This document shows positions 10,161 through 19,343 of a stretch of DNA of 34,420 nt, piece after piece; the first letter of the stretch is position 1; the number at the start of each line of letters is the position of its first letter. The position numbers were made by a program, and so were the translations under genes. This stretch comes from a virus (taxonomy: Duplodnaviria; Caudoviricetes): positions 1 to 34,420 of the IMG/VR virus record IMGVR_UViG_3300020045_001026, one strand, 5' to 3'. Below the pieces are notes generated by a model. The model saw only the letters and a list, made by a program, of their open reading frames with translations. It searched no databases and was not told the origin of the DNA.

Positions 10161-10693
10161 AAGCCGACAAACAACAATGGATAGATGCTACTAAGAACCT
10201 AAAGGAACGTAGAGCATTAGCAGGGCATAACGATGATAACAGAAACTTAGATAATCCAATTAGAGATTACAAACTACATTTACAAAAGTGTGGCTTCGGA
10301 AAGTCAGTATTAGATGTTGGATGTGGCTCACAGTTTCTTAGGACTTGTTTACCTGACAATGTTAAGTACATGGGTTTAGATGCTTTCCCTGTTGCTAATA
10401 CTAACACCTTCGATATGGCTATTGAAGAAGTTAACTGGAAAGATAAATCAGTTGATACAATCTGTGCATTCGCAGTACTCGATAATTGTTTAGACTTCGA
10501 TAAGGCTTGTCAGAATATGAAGCGATTAGCCAAGAAGAACGTTATCATCCTAACAGGAATTGGAATCGAAGTAGATAAGTACCATACATTCAAGTTAGAA
10601 CACGAAGATTTCAAGCGTAACTTTTCCGATATGAGCCAAACGCATTACGAAGAGTTAGCACCTAAAGTATGGTTGATATGTTACAGCCACTAG
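10157..10693 (+). CDS. Class I SAM-dependent methyltransferase
   Basis: Motif I VLDVGCGS, YMGLD, DTICAFAVLDN. Confidence 0.85.
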   Translation: MKADKQQWIDATKNLKERRALAGHNDDNRNLDNPIRDYKLHLQKCGFGKSVLDVGCGSQFLRTCLPDNVKYMGLDAFPVANTNTFDMAIEEVNWKDKSVDTICAFAVLDNCLDFDKACQNMKRLAKKNVIILTGIGIEVDKYHTFKLEHEDFKRNFSDMSQTHYEELAPKVWLICYSH

Positions 10694-11901
10694 TCACTAT
10701 AATTATTCCGTACAAAACTGATCGTGGTTACTTAGATGTTGCCATTGAATCGGTGCGTAAACAAACTTACCCTAACATTGAACTAATCATTCAACAAGGC
10801 GATAAGTCAGTTAGTGCGAATATCAATGATGGAATAAGAAAAGCTAAAGGTGAATACATTAAATACTTATGTGAAGATGATTACCTAACACCTAACTCAA
10901 TAGCTGATAGTGTAAAAGCTATGCAAGGCTTTGACTTCATTCATGGTGTATCTTATAACATCAAAGGTAAGGCTATTGAAACACAAGTGCCACGCTTGAA
11001 GTACCCTAGCCTGTCTGATATGCTAATCGGTAACGTTATTCATGGTGGTACTTTAATGTATCGTAAAGATGTATTCGATAAGGTAGGTCTATTCAATGAA
11101 GATTTAACTTGCGCTGAAGAGTATGAGTTTAACCTACGTTGCTTACGTTATGGACTTAAGTTAGGTTATACCGATAGAATATTATACAACTATCGTAGAC
11201 ATGACGAACAGAAAAGTCTAGGTAAAGGAATCGACCAACAAGCAAGGGCAAAGAAGATACAAGCTATTAAAGATAGTGTTGCACCATTAAAGATTGTGGT
11301 ATGTATGGCAACTTATGGAGGTAGAGATATTAAACCAACTCTTAATTCATTGAAAGGTCAAGCCGATGTTATACGAATCTATGACAATGCTAATCGAAGT
11401 GAGGATTTAACTGACTTAGGTAAGTTCTACTTTCTTCAGGAGTACACCGAGCCAATCTACTACTTAACAGTTGATGATGATATAATCTATCCACCAACTT
11501 ACGTTAGAGATATGGTTAGAGCGATTGACTTACATAAGACTATCGTAACGCATCATGGTCGTAAGCTAACTCGTAAGGGTATAAGTTATTATAAAGGTCA
11601 TAATCAGTATGCTTATAATAAAAGAGTTGGGGGTATAATAAAGATAGATGTTGCAGGAACTGGGGTTTGTGGATTCAGAACGGATTACTTTAATCCTTTA
11701 GAGGTGTGTAAGTCGGAACACCACAAGATGAGTGATTTAGTATTTAGCTTAGAAGCAAGAAAGCAAGGTAAACTAATCACCTTGCTTCCACATAACTCTA
11801 ACTACTTTAAAACGATTCAATACTCTAATACTATCTTTAATGAGTTCTTAGAGAATGATAGTGTACAGACTACTTTAGCGGATGAGATACTTGGTTTATA
11901 G
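10678..11901 (+). CDS. Two-domain GT-A glycosyltransferase (GT2 plus second GT-A domain)
   Basis: N-terminal VTIIIPY...YIKYLCEDD...EEYEFNLR; C-terminal YLTVDDDIIYP...VAGTG; start at 10678 preferred over 10669. Confidence 0.85.
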   Translation: MLQPLVTIIIPYKTDRGYLDVAIESVRKQTYPNIELIIQQGDKSVSANINDGIRKAKGEYIKYLCEDDYLTPNSIADSVKAMQGFDFIHGVSYNIKGKAIETQVPRLKYPSLSDMLIGNVIHGGTLMYRKDVFDKVGLFNEDLTCAEEYEFNLRCLRYGLKLGYTDRILYNYRRHDEQKSLGKGIDQQARAKKIQAIKDSVAPLKIVVCMATYGGRDIKPTLNSLKGQADVIRIYDNANRSEDLTDLGKFYFLQEYTEPIYYLTVDDDIIYPPTYVRDMVRAIDLHKTIVTHHGRKLTRKGISYYKGHNQYAYNKRVGGIIKIDVAGTGVCGFRTDYFNPLEVCKSEHHKMSDLVFSLEARKQGKLITLLPHNSNYFKTIQYSNTIFNEFLENDSVQTTLADEILGL

Positions 11902-12082
11902 ATTTAAGCCTTTCAATTACATCTTCATACTTTTCTTTTAAATGAAAATCAATATTATTTTTTAACGCAACTTTTGTTGAAAGTTCGTCACGTTTTACAA
12001 AATAAATAACTTCCATTAAATCCAAACAAACCATGTTTTGTAAGTTACCGCATAGTTTAAATTCTATAAATTGCTTTGTCAT
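11870..12082 (-). CDS. Small protein, FlbD/half-LytTR-like pattern
   Basis: LDLMEVIYF...TKVALKNN.DFHLKEKYEDVIERL resembles the FlbD-like pattern. Confidence 0.5.
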   Translation of the reverse strand: MTKQFIEFKLCGNLQNMVCLDLMEVIYFVKRDELSTKVALKNNIDFHLKEKYEDVIERLKSINQVSHPLK

Positions 12083-12086
12083 ATTT

Positions 12087-12725
12087 TTAATTTTTATTTA
12101 ATTTTAAATCTTTAATCATCGTAAGCCAATTAAGCACCATCAAGTGTGGTAGCTTCATTATATCTTGCACCTTAGTTATGTCACCATCGGCAAGGTCATA
12201 AGTTAAACGTTCCCATGCCCAACGAGATTGTACTATCTCTTGCTTTGTTGGTTCTTCGGGTGGCTCATCATCTTCAACACTACTACTACCATCATCGAAT
12301 AAATCATCGTAATTCTCTATCAGTTTATCTCGGTACTTCAATACATCTTCTAATATACCGTAGTACTTAGTGCATGGTTCTTGCTTTATTAGATTACACT
12401 TAGCGTTGAAGTCTTCATACCCTACTGTAACTGCTACAATCTTATCGTAGTTCTGTAACGGTGTCTTGTTAGCTACGAACTTATTAATGTCAATCAATGC
12501 ACCCCACGTCAAGCGGTTGAATCTTATATTATGTTCGTCACCTTTAATCGGTTCATCTAACCAAGCGTATTCCTTTAGTAACTCATCCAACTCATCTTCG
12601 TCTAAGTCATCGTAATAGTCACCCGTAACAATAGAGATACGATCTAACTTATACTCAGTTGGTGTGAGGTCATCGAGTTCAGCTATCTCAATAAGTTCTT
12701 GAACGGTTACGTCACTCCATGTCAT
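12087..12725 (-). CDS. Putative tail assembly chaperone, long form
   Basis: WSDVTVQELIEI, LTWGALIDI, acidic linker and C-terminal WERLTYDLADGDITK domain. Confidence 0.55.
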   Translation of the reverse strand: MTWSDVTVQELIEIAELDDLTPTEYKLDRISIVTGDYYDDLDEDELDELLKEYAWLDEPIKGDEHNIRFNRLTWGALIDINKFVANKTPLQNYDKIVAVTVGYEDFNAKCNLIKQEPCTKYYGILEDVLKYRDKLIENYDDLFDDGSSSVEDDEPPEEPTKQEIVQSRWAWERLTYDLADGDITKVQDIMKLPHLMVLNWLTMIKDLKLNKN

Positions 12726-12922
12726 AGTGTCATCATTGGATTAGGCATATAATAGATAGTATCTTTTGGAGTTGATTCCATCTTGATAACTTTGATTCCG
12801 TTAAATGTTTTGTAAGGGTAATTAAATCCACTACCCATTACAAACACATATCGTTTCAATATTTGCGGTGAAGCTTCTAACATATCAGATAGAATCTTTC
12901 TTGTTTCTTTATACTTTTTCAA
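12722..12922 (-). CDS. Hypothetical protein inserted between chaperone-like genes
   Basis: 66-aa ORF overlapping both neighbours. Confidence 0.55.
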   Translation of the reverse strand: MKKYKETRKILSDMLEASPQILKRYVFVMGSGFNYPYKTFNGIKVIKMESTPKDTIYYMPNPMMTL

Positions 12923-13454
12923 GGTTCTTTAACGTTCGTTTAGCAATCAATGAAAGATAAGGAATAGCAAAGTCAGCACTAAGATTGTCAGCGAAGATAC
13001 TAGCCTTGTGATTGATATGTGCCGATGTTCTATGTTCCGTTGGTGTTAGTTGGTCATCTTTAAAGATTACAGCTAAACAGTACGAAGGGAAGTTGGTCAC
13101 ACCACGTTTAGCAGCTTTCTCAATCTCTACCAAATCTTTAGCACTAAACTTAAACTCTTCACCTTCATAGGCTACATAGTTACGACCTCCGATTTCAATT
13201 GACTTAGCTGGTATTGGATTGCTTACCTCAATATCATTGAACGCCTTAATAAGTTCCATTAGTTCCTCATCGTCAATAGCTTCTAAATAGTCAGAAGGCA
13301 CACCCATTACTTCAAACACTTTAAAGTATTTCTCAAAGCCACTTAGGTTATCGTTGTTTAACGCATTGTAAACACCTTCAAACTCCTTCAGCTTGATTTC
13401 ATTCGGCTCATTTCTCAGTTGAAACGTACCACCATTGTAGTTAATGTTAATCAT
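12909..13454 (-). CDS. Putative tail assembly chaperone, short form
   Basis: Pattern parallels 12087-12725; start at 13454 inferred from reverse -7 TATATTTG at 13473-13480. Confidence 0.5.
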   Translation of the reverse strand: MININYNGGTFQLRNEPNEIKLKEFEGVYNALNNDNLSGFEKYFKVFEVMGVPSDYLEAIDDEELMELIKAFNDIEVSNPIPAKSIEIGGRNYVAYEGEEFKFSAKDLVEIEKAAKRGVTNFPSYCLAVIFKDDQLTPTEHRTSAHINHKASIFADNLSADFAIPYLSLIAKRTLKNLEKV

Positions 13455-13470
13455 AGTTAATAATTTTTGA

Positions 13471-13496
13471 TTCAAATATAATGTTTTTCCCTATAC
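13471..13496 (+). promoter_or_regulatory. Putative late promoter TTCAAAT-N11-CCCTATAC overlapping a divergent host-type -7 element
   Basis: Motif shared with 1178 and 16152; CAAATATA reads TATATTTG on the minus strand. Confidence 0.7.
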
Positions 13497-13502
13497 AAAT
13501 GT

Positions 13503-14564
13503 ATGATAACAGAATATACTCTTTCATTTTCTGATGAAGACGCTATAAATGGCGAATATTTAGGTGTCTTAGAAATTGCTAATACGGCTAACCCTGCTAT
13601 TCAAATCAAAGGAATCGCATTTAGTAAGCAAGAAATTTTCTTTAAAGACGATTTAAAATATAGAATCGCTGCACCTGTATTAATGCCATCCAAAGTATTT
13701 AGACGTGATGAGCAAACAGGTGAAGAGTACTACCTTGTAGTTACCCCCGAAACAGTTGAATTTGCTTTCAATAAGTTCCAACGAGACAGAGCAGGTAAAG
13801 ACGTATTCAATGAAGAGCATGATGTAAATAAGCGTGTGCCATCATATCCCCTTGAGATGTGGTTAGTTGAGAATCCTAAGTTAGATAAGTCATTCACCAC
13901 TTATGGTATTGAATGTCCTGAGAAAACTTGGTTCTGTGTACAACAGTTTACAGACAAAGATGCTTACAACGAAGCAATTAAGAACGGTCAGACTGGGTTT
14001 AGTATTCATGGTGATGGGGCTGTTAGATTAAGTGAAACAATAAAAACAGAAATACAAATGAGTAAACCACAATTAAAGAAGAACAAGTACATCGCTCGTT
14101 TCTCTGATGCAGTGGCTACTGATTCGGGTGAAGTTATCGTTACTGCTGATGCATTAGAAGTTGGTGCTGAAGTAGTTGTTATAGATGAAAACTTAGAAGA
14201 GGTTGCTGACTTTACAGGAGAAGTTGAGATTGATGGTGCTATGGTGACTATCGAGAAAGATGCCATCACTTCATTGGGTGCTGAAGCTGAAGTCGAAATG
14301 ACTGAAGAAGTAGCAGTAGTTGAAGAAGAGGTTGAGATGTCAACTGAAGAAGAAGTAGTAGTTGAGATGGCTGAAGTAGAAGTACCTGCTATCGAAACTT
14401 ACACTAAAGAAGAAGTAGACGCTAAGATGGAAGAAGTTTACGCTATGATAGCTGAACTTAAGACACCTACTGAAGAGCCTGTTGAAATGGAATCGGTTCA
14501 GATGTCAGCAGTAGAAATGAGAGTAAATAGAGTGAACCAGTTGGTTGCACATTATAACAAGTAA
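13503..14564 (+). CDS. Prohead protease (XkdF-like) fused to acidic scaffold
   Basis: ANPAIQ, FNEEHD, GQTGFSIHG; Glu/Val-rich C-terminal half; directly upstream of the capsid gene. Confidence 0.8.
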   Translation: MITEYTLSFSDEDAINGEYLGVLEIANTANPAIQIKGIAFSKQEIFFKDDLKYRIAAPVLMPSKVFRRDEQTGEEYYLVVTPETVEFAFNKFQRDRAGKDVFNEEHDVNKRVPSYPLEMWLVENPKLDKSFTTYGIECPEKTWFCVQQFTDKDAYNEAIKNGQTGFSIHGDGAVRLSETIKTEIQMSKPQLKKNKYIARFSDAVATDSGEVIVTADALEVGAEVVVIDENLEEVADFTGEVEIDGAMVTIEKDAITSLGAEAEVEMTEEVAVVEEEVEMSTEEEVVVEMAEVEVPAIETYTKEEVDAKMEEVYAMIAELKTPTEEPVEMESVQMSAVEMRVNRVNQLVAHYNK

Positions 14565-14584
14565 AACAAAAACAAAAAGTAAAA

Positions 14585-15532
14585 ATGGCTAGAGAAATCA
14601 AGTTCGCAACAACTGTTAACACAAACGCATTGTTGCAAGTAAACCCTAAGGAGTTCTATTCAGCAGCGTTGCTAGATAATCGTTCTTCTTCTAACTTCCG
14701 TCAAGTATTAAACTTAAAGGAAAAAACTAAAATCGGTAACTTAGCTTTCGGAACATTGTTCTATGAGGCAGGTTGTGACTTTCAAGGTGGTGACACTACA
14801 TTGGATGCTAAAGAGATGGACGTATGTAAAATCCAAATCGGTACAGAATTATGTGTGTACGATCTTGAAACGTCTTTCGTTGCTGATTGGATGAGCGCAG
14901 GTTCAAACCAAGCAGACTTCTTACCTGCTGCATTTGCAACTCACTTCTATGCTGAGTTAGGTAAAGCAGTTAACAACAACTTAGAGTACTTAACATGGCA
15001 AGGTAATGCTTCTGTTGTTACAGGAACATACTTAGACTTGTGTGATGGTATCTTAGCTAAGTTGGCTTCAGGTTCTATTCCAGTTGCACAGAACATCGCA
15101 GGTACAGCTATTACATCTTCTAACGTTGTAGCACAGTTGACACTTATGTATGCTCAAATCCCTGTTACATTACGTAACAAGAAAAGCGAAGTTCTTTGGT
15201 TCGTATCTCCTGATGTTGCTGACAACTACCGTTTAGCGGTTGCTTCACAGTCTGCTGAAGTATACACAACAGGTGAGCCTGTATTGAAGTTCTTAGGTTA
15301 TACACTTACAGTTGGTGAAGGTATGCCTACATCTACTTCTGTATTGTCTTTGAAGTCTAACTACATTTTCTTAGCTGACTTAGTTTCTGACCCTTCAGAC
15401 CTTACAGTAATTGACATGAGAAATACAACAGGTGATGCAAACATCCGTGTTCGTTCTGACTTCAAAGTTGGATTTGACTACTTGAATGATGACGAATGGG
15501 TTGTTTATGGAATCCAAGCTTACATCTCGTAA
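14585..15532 (+). CDS. Major capsid protein
   Basis: 315 aa after protease/scaffold, followed by a terminator; WQGN...CDGIL and C-terminal beta pattern fit an HK97 fold. Confidence 0.85.
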   Translation: MAREIKFATTVNTNALLQVNPKEFYSAALLDNRSSSNFRQVLNLKEKTKIGNLAFGTLFYEAGCDFQGGDTTLDAKEMDVCKIQIGTELCVYDLETSFVADWMSAGSNQADFLPAAFATHFYAELGKAVNNNLEYLTWQGNASVVTGTYLDLCDGILAKLASGSIPVAQNIAGTAITSSNVVAQLTLMYAQIPVTLRNKKSEVLWFVSPDVADNYRLAVASQSAEVYTTGEPVLKFLGYTLTVGEGMPTSTSVLSLKSNYIFLADLVSDPSDLTVIDMRNTTGDANIRVRSDFKVGFDYLNDDEWVVYGIQAYIS

Positions 15533-15538
15533 ATTTAA

Positions 15539-15565
15539 AAGGGGTGTAAAAGCCCCTTATTTTTT
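15539..15565 (+). terminator. Intrinsic terminator after capsid gene
   Basis: AAGGGG/CCCCTT stem followed by a T tract. Confidence 0.8.
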
Positions 15566-15584
15566 AACTTAAAATATTTAAATC

Positions 15585-16100
15585 ATGGCGTGTGCAAATT
15601 TAGAAGACATTGCTGCTGATTGCGAAAGAAACTCAGGAGGTTTACACGAATTGTATGTTGGAAGGTTTAGCGATATTACTGCTATCACCGAGAATACAAC
15701 TACTTGGAATGTAACTGCTGCAACTGTAAGTGTTGCCCCTTCAGTAATCGCAATCAAACGTAAGACTTCGCAATATACAGAAGATGAACAACAAGACTTC
15801 GTTAATGGTTCTGTAACGGTTACAAGAACAACTAACGTTAAGTTACACCGTAGAACAGGATTAAAGTCAAGAGCATTAGACATCTTAGGTGCAGGACAAG
15901 ATTACTTGTACACACTTGAGAAAGATGCTAACGGTATTTGGTGGTACACTCCTTACTCACAACTACAATCAGTTGGTGGTGGTTCAGGAATGGAAAGAGC
16001 AGATGGATCTAACTACGATGCGGTATTAATCGCTGAGAATGATCATAAGAGTTACACTATTGATGCTGCGGTTGTAGCTGCAATGATAGCAGTATCTTAA
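15585..16100 (+). CDS. Major tail tube protein
   Basis: 171 aa; C..NSGG N-terminus, KDANGIWW, G.G.ERADGSNY pattern; flanked by terminators. Confidence 0.75.
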   Translation: MACANLEDIAADCERNSGGLHELYVGRFSDITAITENTTTWNVTAATVSVAPSVIAIKRKTSQYTEDEQQDFVNGSVTVTRTTNVKLHRRTGLKSRALDILGAGQDYLYTLEKDANGIWWYTPYSQLQSVGGGSGMERADGSNYDAVLIAENDHKSYTIDAAVVAAMIAVS

Positions 16101-16120
16101 TAACAATATCTATAATTAGG

Positions 16121-16149
16121 AAGGGTAGCTTAACGGTTACCCTTTTTTT
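16121..16149 (+). terminator. Intrinsic terminator after tail tube gene
   Basis: AAGGGTAGCT-TAAC-GGTTACCCTT hairpin plus T run. Confidence 0.85.
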
Positions 16150-16151
16150 GT

Positions 16152-16177
16152 TTCAAATCGTCACCTTCTCCCTATAC
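16152..16177 (+). promoter_or_regulatory. Putative late promoter TTCAAAT-N11-CCCTATAC
   Basis: Directly after a terminator and 4 nt before ATG 16182. Confidence 0.7.
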
Positions 16178-16181
16178 TTAT

Positions 16182-16520
16182 ATGATTTACATAACACAGT
16201 CAGTAGATTCTAAAGTATGCCTTACACTTGCTGAGAGTTCACTACTTGCAGCACCTCACTATTTGTTTGCTCTTTATAGAGATATAGACTTAGATGAGCC
16301 TGTGATATGTGTACACTATACCGACATAAGTACATACCCTAATACCTATAACCTATTCACGTTTAATGAATCAATTGCTTCAGGTGAATATACTTATAGA
16401 GTGTATGAGAGTGCTACTGCTAACCCGACTGAGATAGCAGACACAACAGGTCGAATACTTGAAGAAGGTTTAATGATTGTTTACTCATCTACCAACGTAG
16501 ATACAAGCGTATATTTATGA
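16182..16520 (+). CDS. Virion structural protein (unknown role)
   Basis: 112 aa, first gene of the portal operon. Confidence 0.6.
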   Translation: MIYITQSVDSKVCLTLAESSLLAAPHYLFALYRDIDLDEPVICVHYTDISTYPNTYNLFTFNESIASGEYTYRVYESATANPTEIADTTGRILEEGLMIVYSSTNVDTSVYL

Positions 16521-17827
16521 AACTATTTGGAATACAATTCGGTGGTAAAACTCCTGCGGTTAGAACAGAGCCACAAGCGTTTAGCACACCTTTCTTAAAG
16601 ATTGGTAAGGGTAACTTAGCACTACCTTACATTCAATCGAATATTAGTAACGGTTCAATCGTTTACTTTGGTGAGGAAAATCTATTCCCACAGATACTTA
16701 ATCAGATGTATTACACCTCACCGATTCATGGAGCAATCATCGACTTCATTGTTAAGGCTACGATTGGTGGTGGGTATTCGATTAAAGGACTTAACACAGG
16801 TGCGGAGAAGGTAGATTTTGAAGTGTTTAAACGCAAGGTTAAGCTACCTAAGTTAATCAAACAGTTTGAGCGTGACCATCAAATACATGGTAGAACTCAT
16901 GCTATCATTGTGTTTAGTGATAGCGGTAAATGGTTATCAATGAAGCGTGTTGACCCTTCTTGTATTCGTTATAGATTCGATGGTGGATTCGAGTATAGTT
17001 CTGATTGGTCAACACAAGCTAATAGAAGAATAATCCCTGCATACGACCCAATGAATCCATGCGGTGAAATGCTTTACACATTTGGAGAACCAGGTGCAGG
17101 TCAAGACTACTACCCTATTCCTACGTATTCATCATGCCTTAACTGGGTATTCTTAGATGGTGAACAGTCGCTACTTCATAAGAGTAATATACAGAATAGT
17201 ATATTCCCTTCATTAATCATTCGTAGACCAAAGAGATTCGGTTCAAAGAAAGAAGCTGAAGACTTTAAAGACGGTATTGCAGGGGCTTCGGGTGCAAGTA
17301 ACTCAGGCAAGGTGATGGTGTTAACAGGTGATGGTATTGAGAATACACCTGAAGCACAGACCGTATCATCTAACAACAATGATAAGTTATTTGAATCGAC
17401 TGCTAAAGAGATTAAAGATAATATCTGTTTTGCTCACAAGATTAACCCATCAATCATGGGTGTTAAGGTTGCGGGTTCTTTAGGTAACGCACAAGAATTA
17501 GAAATGTCCTATGCAATCTTTGAGAAAAACGTAATACTTCCCGAGCGTGACTTAATGGAATCTATGTGGTCTGAGATAATGCAAATCTGTGACGTTAAAG
17601 GTAAGATACAATTCAACGGTTACAAGTTATTAGGTGAAGAGATTGTAGAAGATACAACGGGAGCAAGTAAAACTCGTGACTTAGTAAATGCAATGTCACC
17701 ATTGTTAGCAAATGCGCTACTAAAATCAATGACTATAAACGAACAAAGAGCATTAGGTATGTTGCCACCGTTGGAAGGTGGTGATGAGTTGCCTACAATG
17801 TCATCTGAAACACCCCCTATGATATGA
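16517..17827 (+). CDS. Portal protein
   Basis: 436 aa; SPIHGAII, YYPIPTY, NSIFPS, ICFAHKINPSIMG, NEQRALG patterns. Confidence 0.85.
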   Translation: MKLFGIQFGGKTPAVRTEPQAFSTPFLKIGKGNLALPYIQSNISNGSIVYFGEENLFPQILNQMYYTSPIHGAIIDFIVKATIGGGYSIKGLNTGAEKVDFEVFKRKVKLPKLIKQFERDHQIHGRTHAIIVFSDSGKWLSMKRVDPSCIRYRFDGGFEYSSDWSTQANRRIIPAYDPMNPCGEMLYTFGEPGAGQDYYPIPTYSSCLNWVFLDGEQSLLHKSNIQNSIFPSLIIRRPKRFGSKKEAEDFKDGIAGASGASNSGKVMVLTGDGIENTPEAQTVSSNNNDKLFESTAKEIKDNICFAHKINPSIMGVKVAGSLGNAQELEMSYAIFEKNVILPERDLMESMWSEIMQICDVKGKIQFNGYKLLGEEIVEDTTGASKTRDLVNAMSPLLANALLKSMTINEQRALGMLPPLEGGDELPTMSSETPPMI

Positions 17828-18336
17828 TTTACTTTGTAACTGAAGCGTATTTAAAACAAAAGACACCGATAACACAGAACGTGTCAGCTATTGAGGTAGT
17901 TAAATACATTGAACCTGCTGCTTGTTCTTGGATGCAGAATATACTAGGTACATATTTCTTTGATGACTTGCTTACTAAGTATAACGCACAGACACTTTCA
18001 TCTGATGAACAGGCATTGGTAGCTAAGATACAACCTGCTATTGCTTGGAGGGCTGCGGTTGATTGTGTGTTAGGCTTAACATACCAACTAAAGAATAAAG
18101 GACTTCAACAACAGAATGGAGATAATTCTGAGAGTGTTGAACAAGGTACAACTGCTTTCGTGATGCGTCACTATGAGCAGAAAGCGGAGTTCTTTGAATC
18201 TATTGCTAGACGTTACTTAGATATTAACAAGGACTTGTTCCCTAACTATACAAGTACTCTTAACACAGATTGTGAGAATGCATTACTTACACCACAATCA
18301 GACGATAACTTCAATACCGATATTCTATTTATATGA
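17824..18336 (+). CDS. Head-tail adaptor
   Basis: Helical 170-aa protein after portal; ILGTYFFDDL. Confidence 0.65.
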   Translation: MIYFVTEAYLKQKTPITQNVSAIEVVKYIEPAACSWMQNILGTYFFDDLLTKYNAQTLSSDEQALVAKIQPAIAWRAAVDCVLGLTYQLKNKGLQQQNGDNSESVEQGTTAFVMRHYEQKAEFFESIARRYLDINKDLFPNYTSTLNTDCENALLTPQSDDNFNTDILFI

Positions 18337-19343
18337 TAACGTACTTACAGGCTGTTAGTGTTATAGAAAACTTTGCTACTCAGAATGAGATGGTACAGAA
18401 GTTCGGCTTTGAGTTTAAAGAACAGATGCCTAACATCGCTACTGAAGATGAGCGTTATCCGTTGTTATTCGTTGTTCCTATCGGTGCACTACCAAGTACG
18501 AACGCTAACGAGTTTGAGATTGACATTTACTGTTTAGATCGTTATACGCAAGACCGAGTTAATGTAACCTCAGTAGTTAGTGATACTCAGTTGATTCTTG
18601 CAATGCTTACCAAGTGGTTAGAGGAAGGTCAGACTGATATGGATGTTATCCACGCTTATCCAATGCTACCTATTAACAATGACTTATTAGACTATTGTGG
18701 TGGTTGGGTAATGCGTGTTAGAGTTGAGGTGGATATGGTGTCAATCTGTGAGATACCTCTAAGCGGTGTTGAGCCTACACCACCAACTCCATGTGATGAT
18801 GCTTCGTACTTAGTAGAATATGTAAACGGTACACTAATCCAACAGGGTACAATACCTTCGGGTGGTAGTGAAACGATACAAGTTCCAAACCCTTCAACGT
18901 GTGACGATGCTACTCTTAACATTAACGGTTCGTTATTCACTACTATTGGAAGTGGTGACACTTACTCATTATTAGTACATAATACTTTAGGTGACCAATA
19001 TACAGTAGGTGCTGCTAGTGGTTTGCATTGGCAAGTAGGTGACAGTACAATACTAATAAACGGTAATCAGTTAACATCATTAATAGCTGAAGGTATTCTA
19101 CAAGTAGACCTAACGGCTTCGGATGGTGCTACATTTGTTGGTACAATTCAAAACTCAACTTTTATAACGGTTGCCGATTCAGTAGTAAGCAATTCAGATG
19201 ATACATATTCGGTTAACGTATTAGCTGAACAACCTTTTGAGTTACCTGATACTACCTACAACGTATATGTAGCAGGAGTATTACAAGCAACTACAACAGT
19301 ACCAACATTAGGAAACGATAATATAAATATAGTATGGACATAA
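18333..19343 (+). CDS. Tail terminator-like domain fused to repeated beta extension
   Basis: N-terminal YPLLFVVP...GGWVMRV, EPTPPTP linker, CDDA repeats. Confidence 0.55.
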   Translation: MITYLQAVSVIENFATQNEMVQKFGFEFKEQMPNIATEDERYPLLFVVPIGALPSTNANEFEIDIYCLDRYTQDRVNVTSVVSDTQLILAMLTKWLEEGQTDMDVIHAYPMLPINNDLLDYCGGWVMRVRVEVDMVSICEIPLSGVEPTPPTPCDDASYLVEYVNGTLIQQGTIPSGGSETIQVPNPSTCDDATLNINGSLFTTIGSGDTYSLLVHNTLGDQYTVGAASGLHWQVGDSTILINGNQLTSLIAEGILQVDLTASDGATFVGTIQNSTFITVADSVVSNSDDTYSVNVLAEQPFELPDTTYNVYVAGVLQATTTVPTLGNDNINIVWT

